DNA from: the human T2T-CHM13v2.0 reference genome, Homo sapiens
Length of the DNA: 64,000 nt
Strand: one strand, 5' to 3'
Assembly (NCBI RefSeq): GCF_009914755.1
Contig: NC_060932.1
Position numbers and translations under genes: made by a program. This document shows, piece after piece, positions 15,290 to 28,905 of this stretch. The notes beneath the pieces were generated by a model. The model was not told the DNA's origin, searched no databases, and saw only the letters and a list, made by a program, of their open reading frames with translations. Every line of letters begins with the position of its first letter. Within the stretch, counting starts at the first letter, position 1.

Positions 15290-16232
15290 TTTTCTTCTTT
15301 TTCTTTTTTTTTTTAAATATATTTTTTAAGTTCCAGGGTACACGTGCAGGATGTGCAGGTTTTTATACAGGTAGCAATGTGTGCCATGGTGGTTTGCTGC
15401 ACCTGTCAACCCATCACCTAGGTATTAAGCCCCGCATGCGTTAGCTCTTTTCCCTGATGCGATCCCCCACACCCTCCCCTAACAGGCCCCAGTGTGTGTT
15501 GTTCCCTGCCATGTGTCCACGTGTTCTCATTGTTCAGCTCCCACTTATAAGTGAGAACATGCGGTGTTTGGTTTTCTGTTCCTATATTAGTTTGTTGAGA
15601 ATAATGGCTTCCAGCTTCATCCATGACCCTACAAAGGACACAATCTCTTTCCTTTTTATGGCTGCATAGTATTACATGGTGTGTATGTACCACATTTTCT
15701 CTAACCGTTCTATCATTAATGGGCATTTGGGTTGATTCCATGTCTTTGCTATTGTGAATAGTCCTGCAGTGAACATACATGTGCATGTATCTTTGCAATA
15801 TAATGATTTATATTCCTTTGGGTATATACCTAGTAATGGGATTGCTGGGTAAAATGGTATTTCTGGTTCTAGGTCTTTGAGGAATCACCACACTGTCTTC
15901 CACATGGTTGAACTAATTTACATTCCCACCAACAACGTAAAAGCATTCCTATTTCTCTGCAACCTCACCAGTATCTGCTATTTCTTGACTTTTTAATCAT
16001 CATCATTCTGATTGGCATGAGATAGTATCTCATTGTGGTATTGATTTGCCTTTCTCTAATGATCAGTGATGTTGAGCTTTTTTTAAGTTTATTGGCCACA
16101 TGTATGTCTTTTTTTGAGAAGTGTCTGTTCATGTTCTTTGCCCACTTTTTAATGGGGTTGTTTGTTTTTTTCTTGTAAATTTGCTTAAGTTCTTTGTAGA
16201 TTCTGGATATTAGACTTTTGTCAGATGGATAG
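15290..16232 (-). mobile_element. 5'-truncated primate L1PA (about L1PA8-PA13) 3' end
   Basis: T tract, then ttaagttccagggtacacgtgcaggatgtgcagg...gtgagaacatgcggtgtttggttttctgttcc...ggatattagacttttgtcagatggatag. Confidence 0.9.
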
Positions 16233-16462
16233 ACATCAACTTCAATCCATTAAATGTGAAAACTAATCTTTTTTCTCACAAGCTCATCTGTATCATATGT
16301 GTGGAGATATTTCCTACAGTTCTGGGAAAGTATAGGATTCCTAAAACTGGTGGCCATATTTTAATGATGTTAGAGGCAGTCTGCACTGAGTGCATATCAT
16401 TAATTCTAATAAATGAGTCATCAAAAGTCATTATATTTCTTTCTATTTTCTCATCTCTCACC

Positions 16463-16545
16463 CTCTCTCTCTCTCTCTCTGTCTCTCTGTCTCTACCTCT
16501 CTCTCCATACCCCTCTCCATACACACACACAAACACACACTCACA

Positions 16546-16578
<33 letters not shown>
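16463..16578. repeat. Compound microsatellite (CT)n..(AC)n(AG)n
   Basis: Read directly. Confidence 0.9.
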
Positions 16579-16579
<1 letters not shown>

Positions 16580-16744
16580 CGGACCCACAAATATACCTGG
16601 TGTAACAGGCACAGACTTTCTCAAGCTGTAACACAATATTTGCGAGTTATAATGCCTGATGACAATGGCACTTGTCCCCGCCACCACCACCACCTGGAAA
16701 ATGAAAGAAGTCTGCAGGTTGCCTCCTCCAGTGAGTTTTGAGGC

Positions 16745-16960
16745 TCTCAATGGAAACTTGAGTCAAAAAACCCTTGCTGGAAATCTTGTCTCCACCACTT
16801 AGTAACTTTCACCTGTGGTGCACTCCTCTACTTCTCTGCATCTGCTTCCTTATCAAAGGAGTGGGGATAGTAACCCATACCTCATAGGCAGGCACCTGGG
16901 AGAATTTGCTGAGACAATGTGAAGGGTGGATGCTCTGTCTCATACCTGATATTGGCAGGT
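16745..16960 (+). mobile_element. MIR fragment
   Basis: ttgagtcaaaaaaccc...tctccaccacttagtaact...ggggatagtaacccatacctcatagg. Confidence 0.5.
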
Positions 16961-19900
16961 ACCCAAGAAGTATCTTTTCCTCTTTGTCACATAGGGAATA
17001 TTTAGCTCTGATGTGTTAGTACAGATTTCAAAGGAACAGACCATTTACAATCCACAGTATCTACCTTACAGCCAAGGCAGCGCTAGCAAATAATCTCAGA
17101 AAATGAGTGAGGAATACCTCACTGCTTTTTCCCTTAAGGAGCAACAAAAGAAAGAGGAAAAGAGGGAAACAGGGGAGAGAGAAAGGGAGGAAGGAAGAAG
17201 GAAAGGAAAGGAGAGAAGGAGGAAGGAAAAAACCTGAACAACTTGAAATAGGAAAAGTCAGAGAAAAACCCCAGAACACCGTGAGTTGGTTTTGCCTGCA
17301 TGTCGTGAGGCCACCTTGATGTTCCCTCCCTTGCTACTTGTAAGGACATCTATAGGCTGTGCCTGCGCCTTGTGAATACAGGAGAAAATATGAACAGTAA
17401 TCTGATATAATCAGACCCCAGAAAGGCACTTCTGGAAACACTAATTAGATTTTCTTCAACCTTGTTTAATTTAGTGAGTTCTAGGAGAAGATCACACCTC
17501 TCCTAACACTCATAAAGAGAATTTGTGAGGAAGATTGTGTGCGCGTAATACCTATTCGATGCTCGAGGCAACCTGTTGCCATAGTACCAATCAGATGCTG
17601 TCTTCATCGGGGGAATAGAAATTAAAAGTAACAGGGCTTGAGTACAAATGTTTTTGTTTGTCCCCATGAACAGTGTGAATGTTGGGAAAAGGAGATCTGG
17701 TCTTGTTGTTATTTTCTGGTTTTGAAACAAGACTACATTAACATGTGTAGAATATGAAATAGTACAATGAATTTAGAGAAACAAAGAATTCCCAAAGAAG
17801 TGCATTATTCTTATAAATTTACACTATCAAAGGATGTGGAAATGCCAAAAAAGCAAGTTCTTAATGGTCAGAGTCAGCAGTGTCATCTCAGAGCCAAAGA
17901 GAGCTGTCAGTGGCTAATAACGTGCAAATGCAAGATTCGTCTGAATGCTAACTGGCTATTTTTATTGCCTTAGAATTCTGATCTTATATTAAGAGCTATA
18001 AAATATCCATTGTGCTTTGGGGAACATCTGTGCATCTGGGTCTCATAATAAAAGAAATATTGAAAATCAAGAGAGGTAGCTTGCTATGGAGAAAAACAAG
18101 AGTACGATTAACATGAAATTCAGGAAAGTGGTTGCCTGTGGGAATGAGGCGGAGGGAGGAAGAAGTTTCATAGACATTGGTAATATTTAATTTCTTAAGT
18201 GGAAGGGCATTTTATTCTGTTCAAAACTGCACATAGAAATTGCCTATACTCACAATAAAAACTTACATAAAAAGGTGGAGAGAGAGACAGAAATGGAGAA
18301 TGGGAAGTCAATGGACAGAAGGCAGTGGATTCAAGCCCTGACTCTATGATTCTCTAGCTAAGGGAATGAGCGCATGTCTTACCTTGGCAGAGACTCAGTT
18401 TTCTCATCATCTAATATTTTAATACAAATATTAAATGGTCCCAACACCCCCTTCTAGCTTGAACACTAGCCAACTCTATGTATATCACATGGAATACAAT
18501 ATTGCCAAATGAATCATGTTGGGGAAATACTGTCTTTTCTTCATGTAAAAACAAAAACTCCCACAGTCACCATCCAGTCATCCATAACAGCTTACTAGCT
18601 GTGTGTGAGTTACTCTCTTATTCCAGGTGAACCCTCATGAGTAACCCTGCTGTTCTTTGAGCAGAATTTTGGAGCTTCTTTTTAGAAGGAAGATATCATT
18701 AAGTCAGTGATAGGGCTTACAGTCTGGGGGTCAGATATCCTGCTGGTGGCCGGGAAGAAGACTCCACACTCTTCTCTCTGTCAGCTCATCATGTCAGCTC
18801 CTCTGAATGCAAAATATCAACATAATGCACTCAAGAGGCATGTCATTATTTCTTGCTCATCAATTCTGCATCAAATGCTGTCAGGTGCTTCATAGTCCAT
18901 CCCCCAATACCAAAAAATTACCAAATTTACCAAATTACAAAAAAATACCTCTACTTTTCAGGACTAGGATACTCACCATACCAATTAGAAATGTTTCAAA
19001 GAAATGCTCTTTTTAGTTTGCAACATCAGGAAGCTAGAAACATCCTCTTTCCTCATGCATTCAACGCGTTTTTGCAGAATGCCTACTGTGGGCAAGTCCC
19101 ATGCTGGCTACCGGTTTCTACTTAATTTCTCAGAGCACAGACATGAGATGTGATTACAACAAATGCGCTCTGGGGCATTGCAGCATTTCCCGGGTGCTGG
19201 TGTTCACTTGTTCTTCAGATTTGTATGTCCAAGGAGAGCAGATAGAACCAGGCTGCTGTCACCCTGCTTCTGGTTTTGTTGCAGGCTGGGGTCCAGCGGA
19301 ATCAGGATGCACTTTGTTTGGCCCCAACCAGCTCCTCACTCCACCCGGAGCACAGGGTTCCAGGGCATCTTCGGGTGGGTCCTGGGGCAGAGGCCCTCCC
19401 CTCCAGAGGCTGTGGGAGAACCGACCATCCAGGCTGGTGCACCAAGCTCTGAAAACTGGAACAGATTTCTCAGCCTTTCTGAGACTTCATTTATTTCTCT
19501 GAAATGGGAAACTACCTCAAGTGTTATGAGCACTGTCAACACTTCTTATAGCTTATTATGACATCATGCACGTTAAGGCATTGAGCTCAAAGCCAGGCAC
19601 TTAATTCTGACTCAAAAACACATTTGTGCTTCCTCTTCCTGTTCTAACATAATTAAACACACAGTCCCGTGGCAAAGGGAAATTGCCTGTCCCTGCTGTC
19701 TGAATCCTCCATTGGTTCTGATGAGAGACTGACTTGAGAAACATTGGCAACATCTGTTTCTCTCAAATATGTGCTAGCATCCTTGAGAAATCATAGGTTT
19801 TAGGCACACACTTAAATGAAGGGGAATAAGGTTGGGCACCAAATGTGCTGTGGCATCCTGGGAAAAAAATCAGAAGACCGAAGTCAACAGGAAGCAAATC

Positions 19901-20929
19901 TGAAAGCAATTCTGCCATGTTTCCTATCATAACCCCCTTCAAAAAGAGTTTAGTGTAAGGAGTGCAAGAGTGCAAGACACTCTCATAATAACCAAAATTA
20001 TCCAGCAAAGACATGTTCATTTTAAATGTTGAAAGAGAAAGGAAACCCCTCAGGAAATTAAGTTTGAGTTCCATGACATCTTTCTTCTTATGCAGACATT
20101 GAGACAACAACAAGAACATTCAGTCTGTTTGAGCTTTCAGCTACTGTATTTTTCCATTTCATTCATTCTTAGTTATTTTTAATGTTTTCAATTTATTCAG
20201 AGAACTAATAAGTGATTTATTATGGGAAACTAAGTAGGGTTTACACCCAAATGCCAAGAGAGAAACTAAATTCTATCCACTAAGTCACCAAAAGAAGTGC
20301 CTCTTATCAACTCACCCTGTGTGTTTCTAGGACAGGAACCTGCTACTGATTTCGCAGATGTATCTTTGTTGTCTCTAGTAACTGCTCTGTGCTTAGCACC
20401 TACTGTTAATTCACGCAGTTGACCTATAACCAAACACTGAAAAGGTGATGTATGCATTTGATAAAAGAGTCAAACTAGGTCATCTCTGAATCTCAGATTG
20501 AAAGTAAGTAAAACCATGTTTATTTCAGTTTATAAAATGTTTTATTAATACTCTATCTTCTTTGGTGGATCTAATATTTAGGTAACAGTTTTCCTTTAAA
20601 ACAATTTCACATCTAAGAATAAATTAGATGCTGATGCATTAAATGTCCGCTTCAAGAGACTTGGCAATATATACATTATATATAGTCAAAAATAAAGTCA
20701 GGAATAAAAAATCCAGATTTATTGGAGATGATGAAAAGTAATTATTTTCATTTCAAGATGAAAAAATTAAAATTATATATGATGTATTTCAGATCTTAGC
20801 TTTTATATTTTACCATTCTATTGTCGATTCCAAATTATTTTCCTTCGCCTCTTTCTTTTAACTGAGAAAACTTTTATCTTTGTTGCCAAGGCACATAATT
20901 TGGAATCAACAAGGTGTTTAAGTTTCTAA

Positions 20930-21389
20930 ATATGAGAGATGGGATTTATTAGGGAAATTGGCTCACACAATTATGGAGGCTAAAAGGTCCCACTCTAGGC
21001 TGTCTGCAAGCTGAAGAACCAGGAAAGTGGACAGTGTAGCTCAGCCAGGGCCAAAGGCCTGAGAACCTTGAGGGGCCATTGGTGCAAGTCCTGGAGTTGA
21101 AAGGCCATGGAATCTGGACTTTTGATGTCCGAGGGGAGGAGAAGGGTGTCCCAGCCTCAGAAAAGGCAGTGAATTGACCTTTCCACTGCCTTTTTGTTCT
21201 ATCTGGACCCCCAGCCAATTGGGTGGAAGCCACCCACATTGAGAGCAGATCTCCACCACTGAGACCATGGACCGACGTGCTGTTCTCCTCCAGAAACACC
21301 CTCATAGACATACCAGGAAATAATGCTTTGCCAGCTATCCAGATATCCCTTAATTAAGTCAAGTTGCCACCTAAGATTATGACATCGCA
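20930..21389 (-). mobile_element. MLT2 (ERVL) solo LTR, partial
   Basis: ggaaattggctcacacaattatggaggct...ccagaaacaccctcatagacatacc...aagtcaagttgccacctaagattatgacatcgca (antisense MLT2 5' end). Confidence 0.85.
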
Positions 21390-22528
21390 CTGTAGCATCA
21401 TTTCATAGAAACACTTCCCCCTCTATCACATCTCTTTCTATACCCACACATGGAATGTGTATTCTTATTCTCATTTCCCAAATTGAGGGTGCGGGGGCAC
21501 TGAGATCCAGGAGGTTAAATGCCAGGACTAAGGGGAGAGGCCACATCAGGATCAGAAAGAGACCTTATGTTTTGTCTTCCAGTTATGTTGTGTTTCTATT
21601 CTAAAGCTTCTCCCAAAAAATTAAATCTTATGCAAATTTTAAATACTACAATTAAAGGAAAGAGTTATGTTTGAAGGCTTTATAACATTGTAATTGGAGA
21701 TGCCTTTGTCAAATTTTCCCATTTTAAATGGCCAGGAAAAACAATAATTATTTTTCTGATGCTGAGGTTTTATATCTTAGTAGAAGAACTTAAACTATGA
21801 CTTGTATTCAAGTCTAACAGGAATAGAGGTAATGAATGAAAGTAGTCATTGACCTGGGACAAGATCACTTTGAACATGACACTATTATACAAAGTGTAAT
21901 ATTTATTTTTAAACAACCACTTTTCAAAAGCAGTTGTGCATACATTCCAAAGAATAAAATGCTAGCTACTAGGTTTTGAGAAGCAGAATAAAATATGATA
22001 CTGAATTACTGAGGGGTGATAAATTTGGGCCGATATGGCTGAGGTGGTTTGTTTTAGAGTTTATAGCAATAAAGGTAATCAGGTGATTCTTAATGTTGCC
22101 AGAGTACTGCAGTGGAACTACTAAAGGAAGGAGAAAGGGAGGGTATTTAAAAAGTTCAGATCTTTGATTCTGGAAAATCTCAACTAGGTATTAATTCTAT
22201 TGATAACTGATAAGCATCTTAAGGGGGGGAAATTCGTCTGTTAAAAAGTCTGTTACAGAAGGTTGGGTGGATGCCCAAATAATACCAAGCTTTATCAGCT
22301 TATATTCTGGAGAGTAGTTCCATTTATCAATACTTGATTTCTTTTTAGCATCTGGTTTTTTTTTAACTATTCAGGATTTTAGGTATACGGTCTCATTAAT
22401 TTCCAAAATATTCTTATGGATAGGTGAATTACAGGGAGAGTCCAATGTGTAGATATCTATGTACCACAGACCCAGGCACATTTGGGTGAGTAAATGAATG
22501 AACACATGTTCAAACTAAAACAGACTGA

Positions 22529-22895
<367 letters not shown>

Positions 22896-23239
22896 CTAAT
22901 TACATCTCTGACCTGAAGAGGTTTCTTATACATCCCAAGTCTCATGTGCAGTTTCTGATTCTCAGTACATATAGCAAAGAGCAACAGGAACTGCTGGGGG
23001 CCTAGAAGAAGGACAAGGAGAAGGAGAGGAAATCACTCAGCTGAGTATACGGGGAACCGTTAAGTTAATCCTGGTTTAGGCATTCTGATTATGTAGAAGA
23101 GCAGGAATTTGGGTGTTTGGCTTTTAATTTTTTGGAATTTTTAGGCAAATTCGCATTATAATTTGAAATTTGCTAAAATGATTGACAGATATTAAATGGT
23201 TAACATTTCTGAAATGATCCAATTTTTCTAATAATTAGA

Positions 23240-23495
23240 ACAGTGTTCTAATTGTTCATGTATTAATTTCATTTAATCCTCCCAGTGGCCTTTAAAGTTC
23301 CATTATTATCCCAATCTTATATCTGAGTCTGCTTAGAAGATTGGGTAGATCCTTTATTATCCCAATGTCACTTATAAGGAAACAGAGGTGCAGAAAAATA
23401 ACTTGTCTAAGGTTATAGGAAGAAAAAGGACAGAACCAGGATTCATATTCAGACAATCTGGCTCCCGAGACACAGCACATGTACCCTTCTACACA
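23240..23495 (-). mobile_element. MIR
   Basis: atttcatttaatcct...ttattatccc...aggaaacagaggtgcagaaaaataacttgtctaagg...gaaccaggattc. Confidence 0.7.
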
Positions 23496-26400
23496 ATACG
23501 GCAAATCATGTTTACTCAGAAATAGTCCCACGTTCTGGCTTATATTTTAATATATTATTAGTAAGGGGAGGCATCAAGTGAGAATTTGGAAGCTTAATCT
23601 GCAAGTCTCCCTTTTGAGTTGTCCTAGGTATCGTCGCATCATTTTTGGACACACAGAATGTGATTGCAGAAAAGGGAGACACTAGAGGTGAGGACTTTTC
23701 GAGAGAAGGAAACAGCACATGGCAAAGCACAGGACGTGTTTCAGGAAGGACAATCTGTCCTGTGTGCCTACAGGTGGTGAATGAGGGTCAAGACAGGAGC
23801 TCGGAGGCTAAGTTTGGAAGAATGTGTTGGAGTCGGGTCTTCCTTCAGGCAGGAAAAGGCATGAGCAAAACCAGGAAAAACATTTTTTCACTTTCTGCAG
23901 GAAAGGAAAATGTGTGCTGGGAAAAATGTGTAAGATAGCAAATGTGTTATTTATTTTTTATTATTTTATTGACTGTGTTTAACTTGTCAGATTATGGTTA
24001 GAGTAAGAATGGCTGCAGGCTTGGAACAAAAATGTCCTAGAAATAGTAGCCTACTAACTTACCATCTGAACTGCTGAAATATTTTTACCAGGGGAGAAAA
24101 AAAATAGCCAAACGTTAGATTGAGAAATGGCAGTTCCAAGCAAGGACTCTCCTTTTTTTGCTGTGTTTGTTTTTAACCGAATCATTGGCTAGAATCACTC
24201 AAAAAGCTAAGTTTATTCTGACTGGGGGAGAAGGTCCCTGAACACAGTGAGGTGGAGACATTGACCTACAAATTAATAAACAGGGAATTAGGAATAATGA
24301 TAGTAAATGTAAGCTGTCAAGAAAACCAACCCAAGCCAGTAGCTGAGAGCAAATCCAATGTGCCTCTAAAAGCATCCATCAGTCTCCAATGTGTGTTTAT
24401 AAGGCAATCATTCTGACTCTTTAGCAAATACACTCAACTTACAAATTTCAAATATTTTTGGCACCCAAAACAGGTTCCATGGATGAGCTCAGTGATTTAT
24501 TCTCATGGCTAAAAATACAGCAGGGACTCCTCTTTGAGAATGGCCATCGTAACTAGTGACCATTCTTTTGAATGGCCTTAATACAACAATAGTGTAGCCT
24601 CTTTTTTTCAAAGTAGGTATAATTTTTGGAAAATGTCAAGAAAATACAGATTTAAGTCAGGTAAAGAAGGATGCTCTACATTGGCAATATGCTCTAAGGG
24701 CAGCTAAAATTTGTGATTATAAAGAAAGATATAGGAGTCATTGACAACATCATATGCTGGTTCTGAAGGCCTTACTATTCCTCTCAGGCCCTGCCTACTC
24801 TCCGCCTCATCTTTCTTGTTTTCCCATCACACCCCACTTGACAAATACCACCTATGCAAAGGCTGCGGACAGGCTTCAGAACTCCAGCCTGTGTGGACAT
24901 CTACTTACTGTTTCCTGGGGCTCACCCTGCGCTCCTCCCATTTTCGTCTGGCACATCCTCCCCTTCAAGAATTTGCACATATATCACCTCCTTTCTGTGA
25001 AGCTGTCTCTGAGCCTCCGCACATACCTTACTCTTCCCTTCCCCGCTAAGCCATATGCTTCTGAAAGTCAAGCATCATGCTTTATTTATCTTCAGTTGTA
25101 TCTATAGCTTCTACAGAGTACCTAGCCCATAAGTACTCAATATCTACTGAATAAGTGAATGAAATAATTTAATTCCAGAGACAGCTCAGCAAAGTAACAT
25201 CATGGAATAGAGTAGATAGAGCAGGCTTCCAAGAAAATTGCTTTGAAATATCGGTCATTAGAGATTTCATGTGTACATTTTGGTATATTTGTTTAAAAAA
25301 ATTGGATCCATCTTTGGAGTCTCACCTTTTAGAAAGTACATAGCACATTAGAAATACATTGCACTCATATGCAAATATTTTGCTTAACCTGTTAGAAAGA
25401 ACCATGAGGAGAGACATTCCATTATACCAACAAAAAGAACACCAAACAAAAAGAACTGGCAATTAAAGTGATAGGAATAAAAATGTGTTTTATGGCTCCT
25501 AATTCTTTGTGTTGTCTTTATTTTTTTTCTGTTAATTGCTTAGATATTTCATATGTATAATTTTAAAAATCCTTTTAAAATCATTTTATCCAAAGTGTAT
25601 TTAAAATGAGTCTGAAGGCAGAAGACAGAGTCTGAAGCTCTGTGAAATGGAATACACCTGTGCCTAATGAAATGTCAAGACATCAAAATGCTTATCCATT
25701 TTATAGGACGAGGAGACAGCAAATAATCACCACCATGATCTGAAACATCCATGATGTTTCATTTAGTAATATTCACATCCTCGGGGAGCCCTTCCTGGGA
25801 TCAGGGGAGAGTCTTGCATCACCACCTCGTGAGTTCCTGGGTCCCTCGCGGAGTCTTCCCCAGAGTCCACTGCATGCATGATATCCACACGGGATGCAGC
25901 AAGCCTGAGAGTCCCTGCAAAGGGAGTTCTGGCCCTGATCTTTTATCGTGGCTGCTTGCTTCCAGTAGTTATTTAGCACACCCCACAAAGTACTGATGAA
26001 AGCCATTTTTATAAAAGTCTTACCTAATGGTTTGGATATGGCTGAGCCAGAAAGACGTTCATTCAAATAACCGCCAGGCAGATTGACACCTGTTGCAATG
26101 TGTTCCCGCGTTCCTAATTGAGGATTCAATAAGAAGTTTCTGTAGGTTAAAGTTCTACCCAGTATTGCCAAAATGGAGATTGGGAAGGTATTTCCACACC
26201 TGCTGCCATTGAAACAATTTGCTTTTAATATATCATGGAATGTAGTAGCGAAGAGGAGATAAGTCTGCAACTGGAAAAATGAAGCCTCTGGATCCCTGCA
26301 TTGTACAATGGGAAGTGGGAGTACAGGCCAGTGGACTTAATGCACCTCGTTTTAAATTGACAGGACTAGCTTTTCTAACACATTTATTTTCTTTTGTTTT

Positions 26401-26589
26401 TAAACAGATTTTCATCTAGGAAGAAACTTCATTATAACATTTATTATGTATCTTAGTCCCTCACTTCTAAAAAATCCAGATCTGATACATTGTATCATAT
26501 AACAAATGTCTATTGCTTGTGCAGTTATTAACAATACTATATGTTGCATAAAATACTATGCAAGTCACAGACACTTTATATCTTAGTCT

Positions 26590-27714
26590 TAATGTGGCAG
26601 CTTTCTAGTTATTTTAGCTGGGCTCTCTTTGTCTCTTTCCCTGATCTCCCCAGTAAGCTTCCAGGTCCGCTTCTGTAGTATCACACCTGGCTGTTAGCCT
26701 CTGCTAATTACTAGCTGATTGCTGTACTGTTTTTGACAACACCCTGTGCATAAAGTACCCTATGGTCTGATCTGATTAAAGTTGTAAGGCATTGCTTGTC
26801 TTTGAGGCTGCTCTGACTCCAGGAGCACTCTTCTCAGCCCTCTGGGCTGTCCTTGGCTCTCTGTAAAACCTCCTGGGGATCTGCCATTTCACTCTTGCTG
26901 TGACTATCGTGGATCACCTTCTTTATTGCTCACCACCAAGATCTACATTGGTTTTGACAGTGCCCTTAGGCATGAACTTCCACATTCTCTGTTACAGATA
27001 AAGTTTGTCCCCTTTGGCAGAGATGCTGGAGCTCTTTCTTCTTATGCCTTGCCTCTTTCCCTAGGCAGAATCTGTGTACTACTTCCCTAGGGCTAGGGCT
27101 GTGGTCAGCAACCTGCTTCTCCCACAATGACTCCCCTGCTCCATTAACTGGGGCTCTGGGTAGGAAGGGTAGACCCTAGTCTTCTCAGCTTGCTCCTCCC
27201 CAGAAGGACATAGACCTTCTGCCCTCTGAGTGAGCTGGGGCTAGGGAGACCAGGGCCCAGTATTCTCAGCCAGCTGCCTTGCTGCTACAAGTGGGAGACT
27301 GGTGGGAGAGGGGAACCACATCCTCTTGGCTGTACCCACATGCAACCCAAAACTGGGAGTAATGAGACAGGCCAATAGCCTGTCCCTCTCAGGGTGAACT
27401 GTAGCTCTAGACTGAGAGCCAAGAGGAGATGGAGCCCCATCTCTGTTCCCACTCAGAATGGAACTTCTGTCACACTGAGCTGAGAGATGGGAGGGTGATA
27501 TGAGCAGGTCGTGACTTAAGTGTCACTGTGTCTTATTGTTCTCACAGAGATTTAGTAGATTTTCTTGAATAGATGCTTCACTACTTGGTGTTGTAAGTTA
27601 GGACAATTATCAGATTTTAACAGTAATTTTTTAAAAAATAATTTTCAGTAGTTAAATGGTTGTTTCACTAGGGAGGGGGTCTGCTGGGCTCCTAACTCTG
27701 CCATTTAGGAAGTC
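26590..27714 (-). mobile_element. Ancient L1M 5' end (5'UTR/promoter region)
   Basis: Ends ...ctcctaactctgccatttaggaagtc, the antisense of a gacttcc..aaatggcagag L1M-type 5' terminus; preceded by ctcacagagatttagtagattttcttgaata. Confidence 0.55.
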
Positions 27715-27968
27715 AATCTCTTTCTACTTTTAAATGTTTGCAACCAGGGCAGCCTAAACATTTACCTTCTTTTCATTGCAGGTTCAGAACAATGTCATTT
27801 AATATTAACCAATTTGTTGTTTTCTAAATTATAGGTATCCTGGCATCTCAACAAGATAATTTCCTTTTAAGGCCAAAAATGTCTTATTCATAATGACATA
27901 TTCTCAAAAGGCTGTTTCTGGAATAAAAAAGAGCAACTTTTTACTCTTAAATTTTTACTATTGACAGA

Positions 27969-28327
27969 TGTCTTGATCCATTCAGGCTACTATAAAAATA
28001 TACCATAGACTGGATAGCTTATAAATAGCAGAAATTTATTTTTCACAGTTCCAGAGGCTGGGAAGTTCAAGATGAAAGCACCAGCAGTTTCAGTGTATGG
28101 TGAGGCTGGTTCCTCATTCATAAGTGGTGCCTTCTTGCTTTGTCCTCCTGTGGCAGAGAGCAGAAAGAGGGGAAGCAAGCTCCCTCATGTCTCTTTGTAT
28201 AAGGGCACTCATCTCATTTATGAGGGCGTTACCTCCATGACCTAATCACCTCCCAAAGGCCCCACTTCCTAGGAATTAGGACTTCCACGTATGAGTTTGA
28301 GAGGACACAACCATTCAGTCCTTAGCA
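27969..28327 (-). mobile_element. MaLR LTR (MLT1A/MST-like)
   Basis: tgtcttgatccattcaggctactata...gaaatttatttttcacagttccagaggctggg...cctaatcacctcccaaaggcccc...cattcagtccttagca. Confidence 0.9.
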
Positions 28328-28468
28328 ATGGACTTCCTTAGCTACATCCAACTCATAGGACAATTAAAGGATAGTGAGCTCTACTAATTCCCTATTCAGA
28401 TCTGTTATCCTCGGCTTACACTCAAGCATTTAATGACACGTAATTGATGATCTCTCCACTAAGACTTC

Positions 28469-28905
28469 TGTTATGGGTTGAATTGTGACACCACAAAATA
28501 TGCCTGAGTCTTATGCCTCAGCACCTCAGAATGGGACCTTATTCACAAATAGGTTCCTTGCAGATATAATTAGCTAAGATGAGGTGATCAGGGTGGGGGA
28601 TCATAATTTAATATAACAGGTCTTCTTTTAAAAAGGGGCAATTTGGACACATGAACACGAACATGCACACACAGGGAGAGAGACACGTGAAGACTGTTGT
28701 CTCGCTGCCACCAGCTAGGGAAATACCAGAAGCTGGGAAGGAGGCCTGAAACAGATCCTTCTCCAGCACTTCCAAAGAGTGCGTGGCCCTGCAGGCACCT
28801 TGGTACTGGACTTCCAGCCTCCAGAACTGTGAGACAATAAATTTCTGTTGTTGAAGTCACACAGTCTGTGGTACTTGGTTACAGTAGCCCCAGAAAACTA
28901 ATATA
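28469..28905 (+). mobile_element. MaLR LTR (MLT1B/C-like)
   Basis: tgttatgggttgaattgtg...cagcctccagaactgtgagacaataaatttctgttg...gaaaactaatata. Confidence 0.9.

Noticed and set aside
25773-26270. 165-aa minus-strand ORF and a possible internal exon after ccctttgcag
   Set aside because: No recognisable domain, weak donor site and no supporting neighbouring exons.
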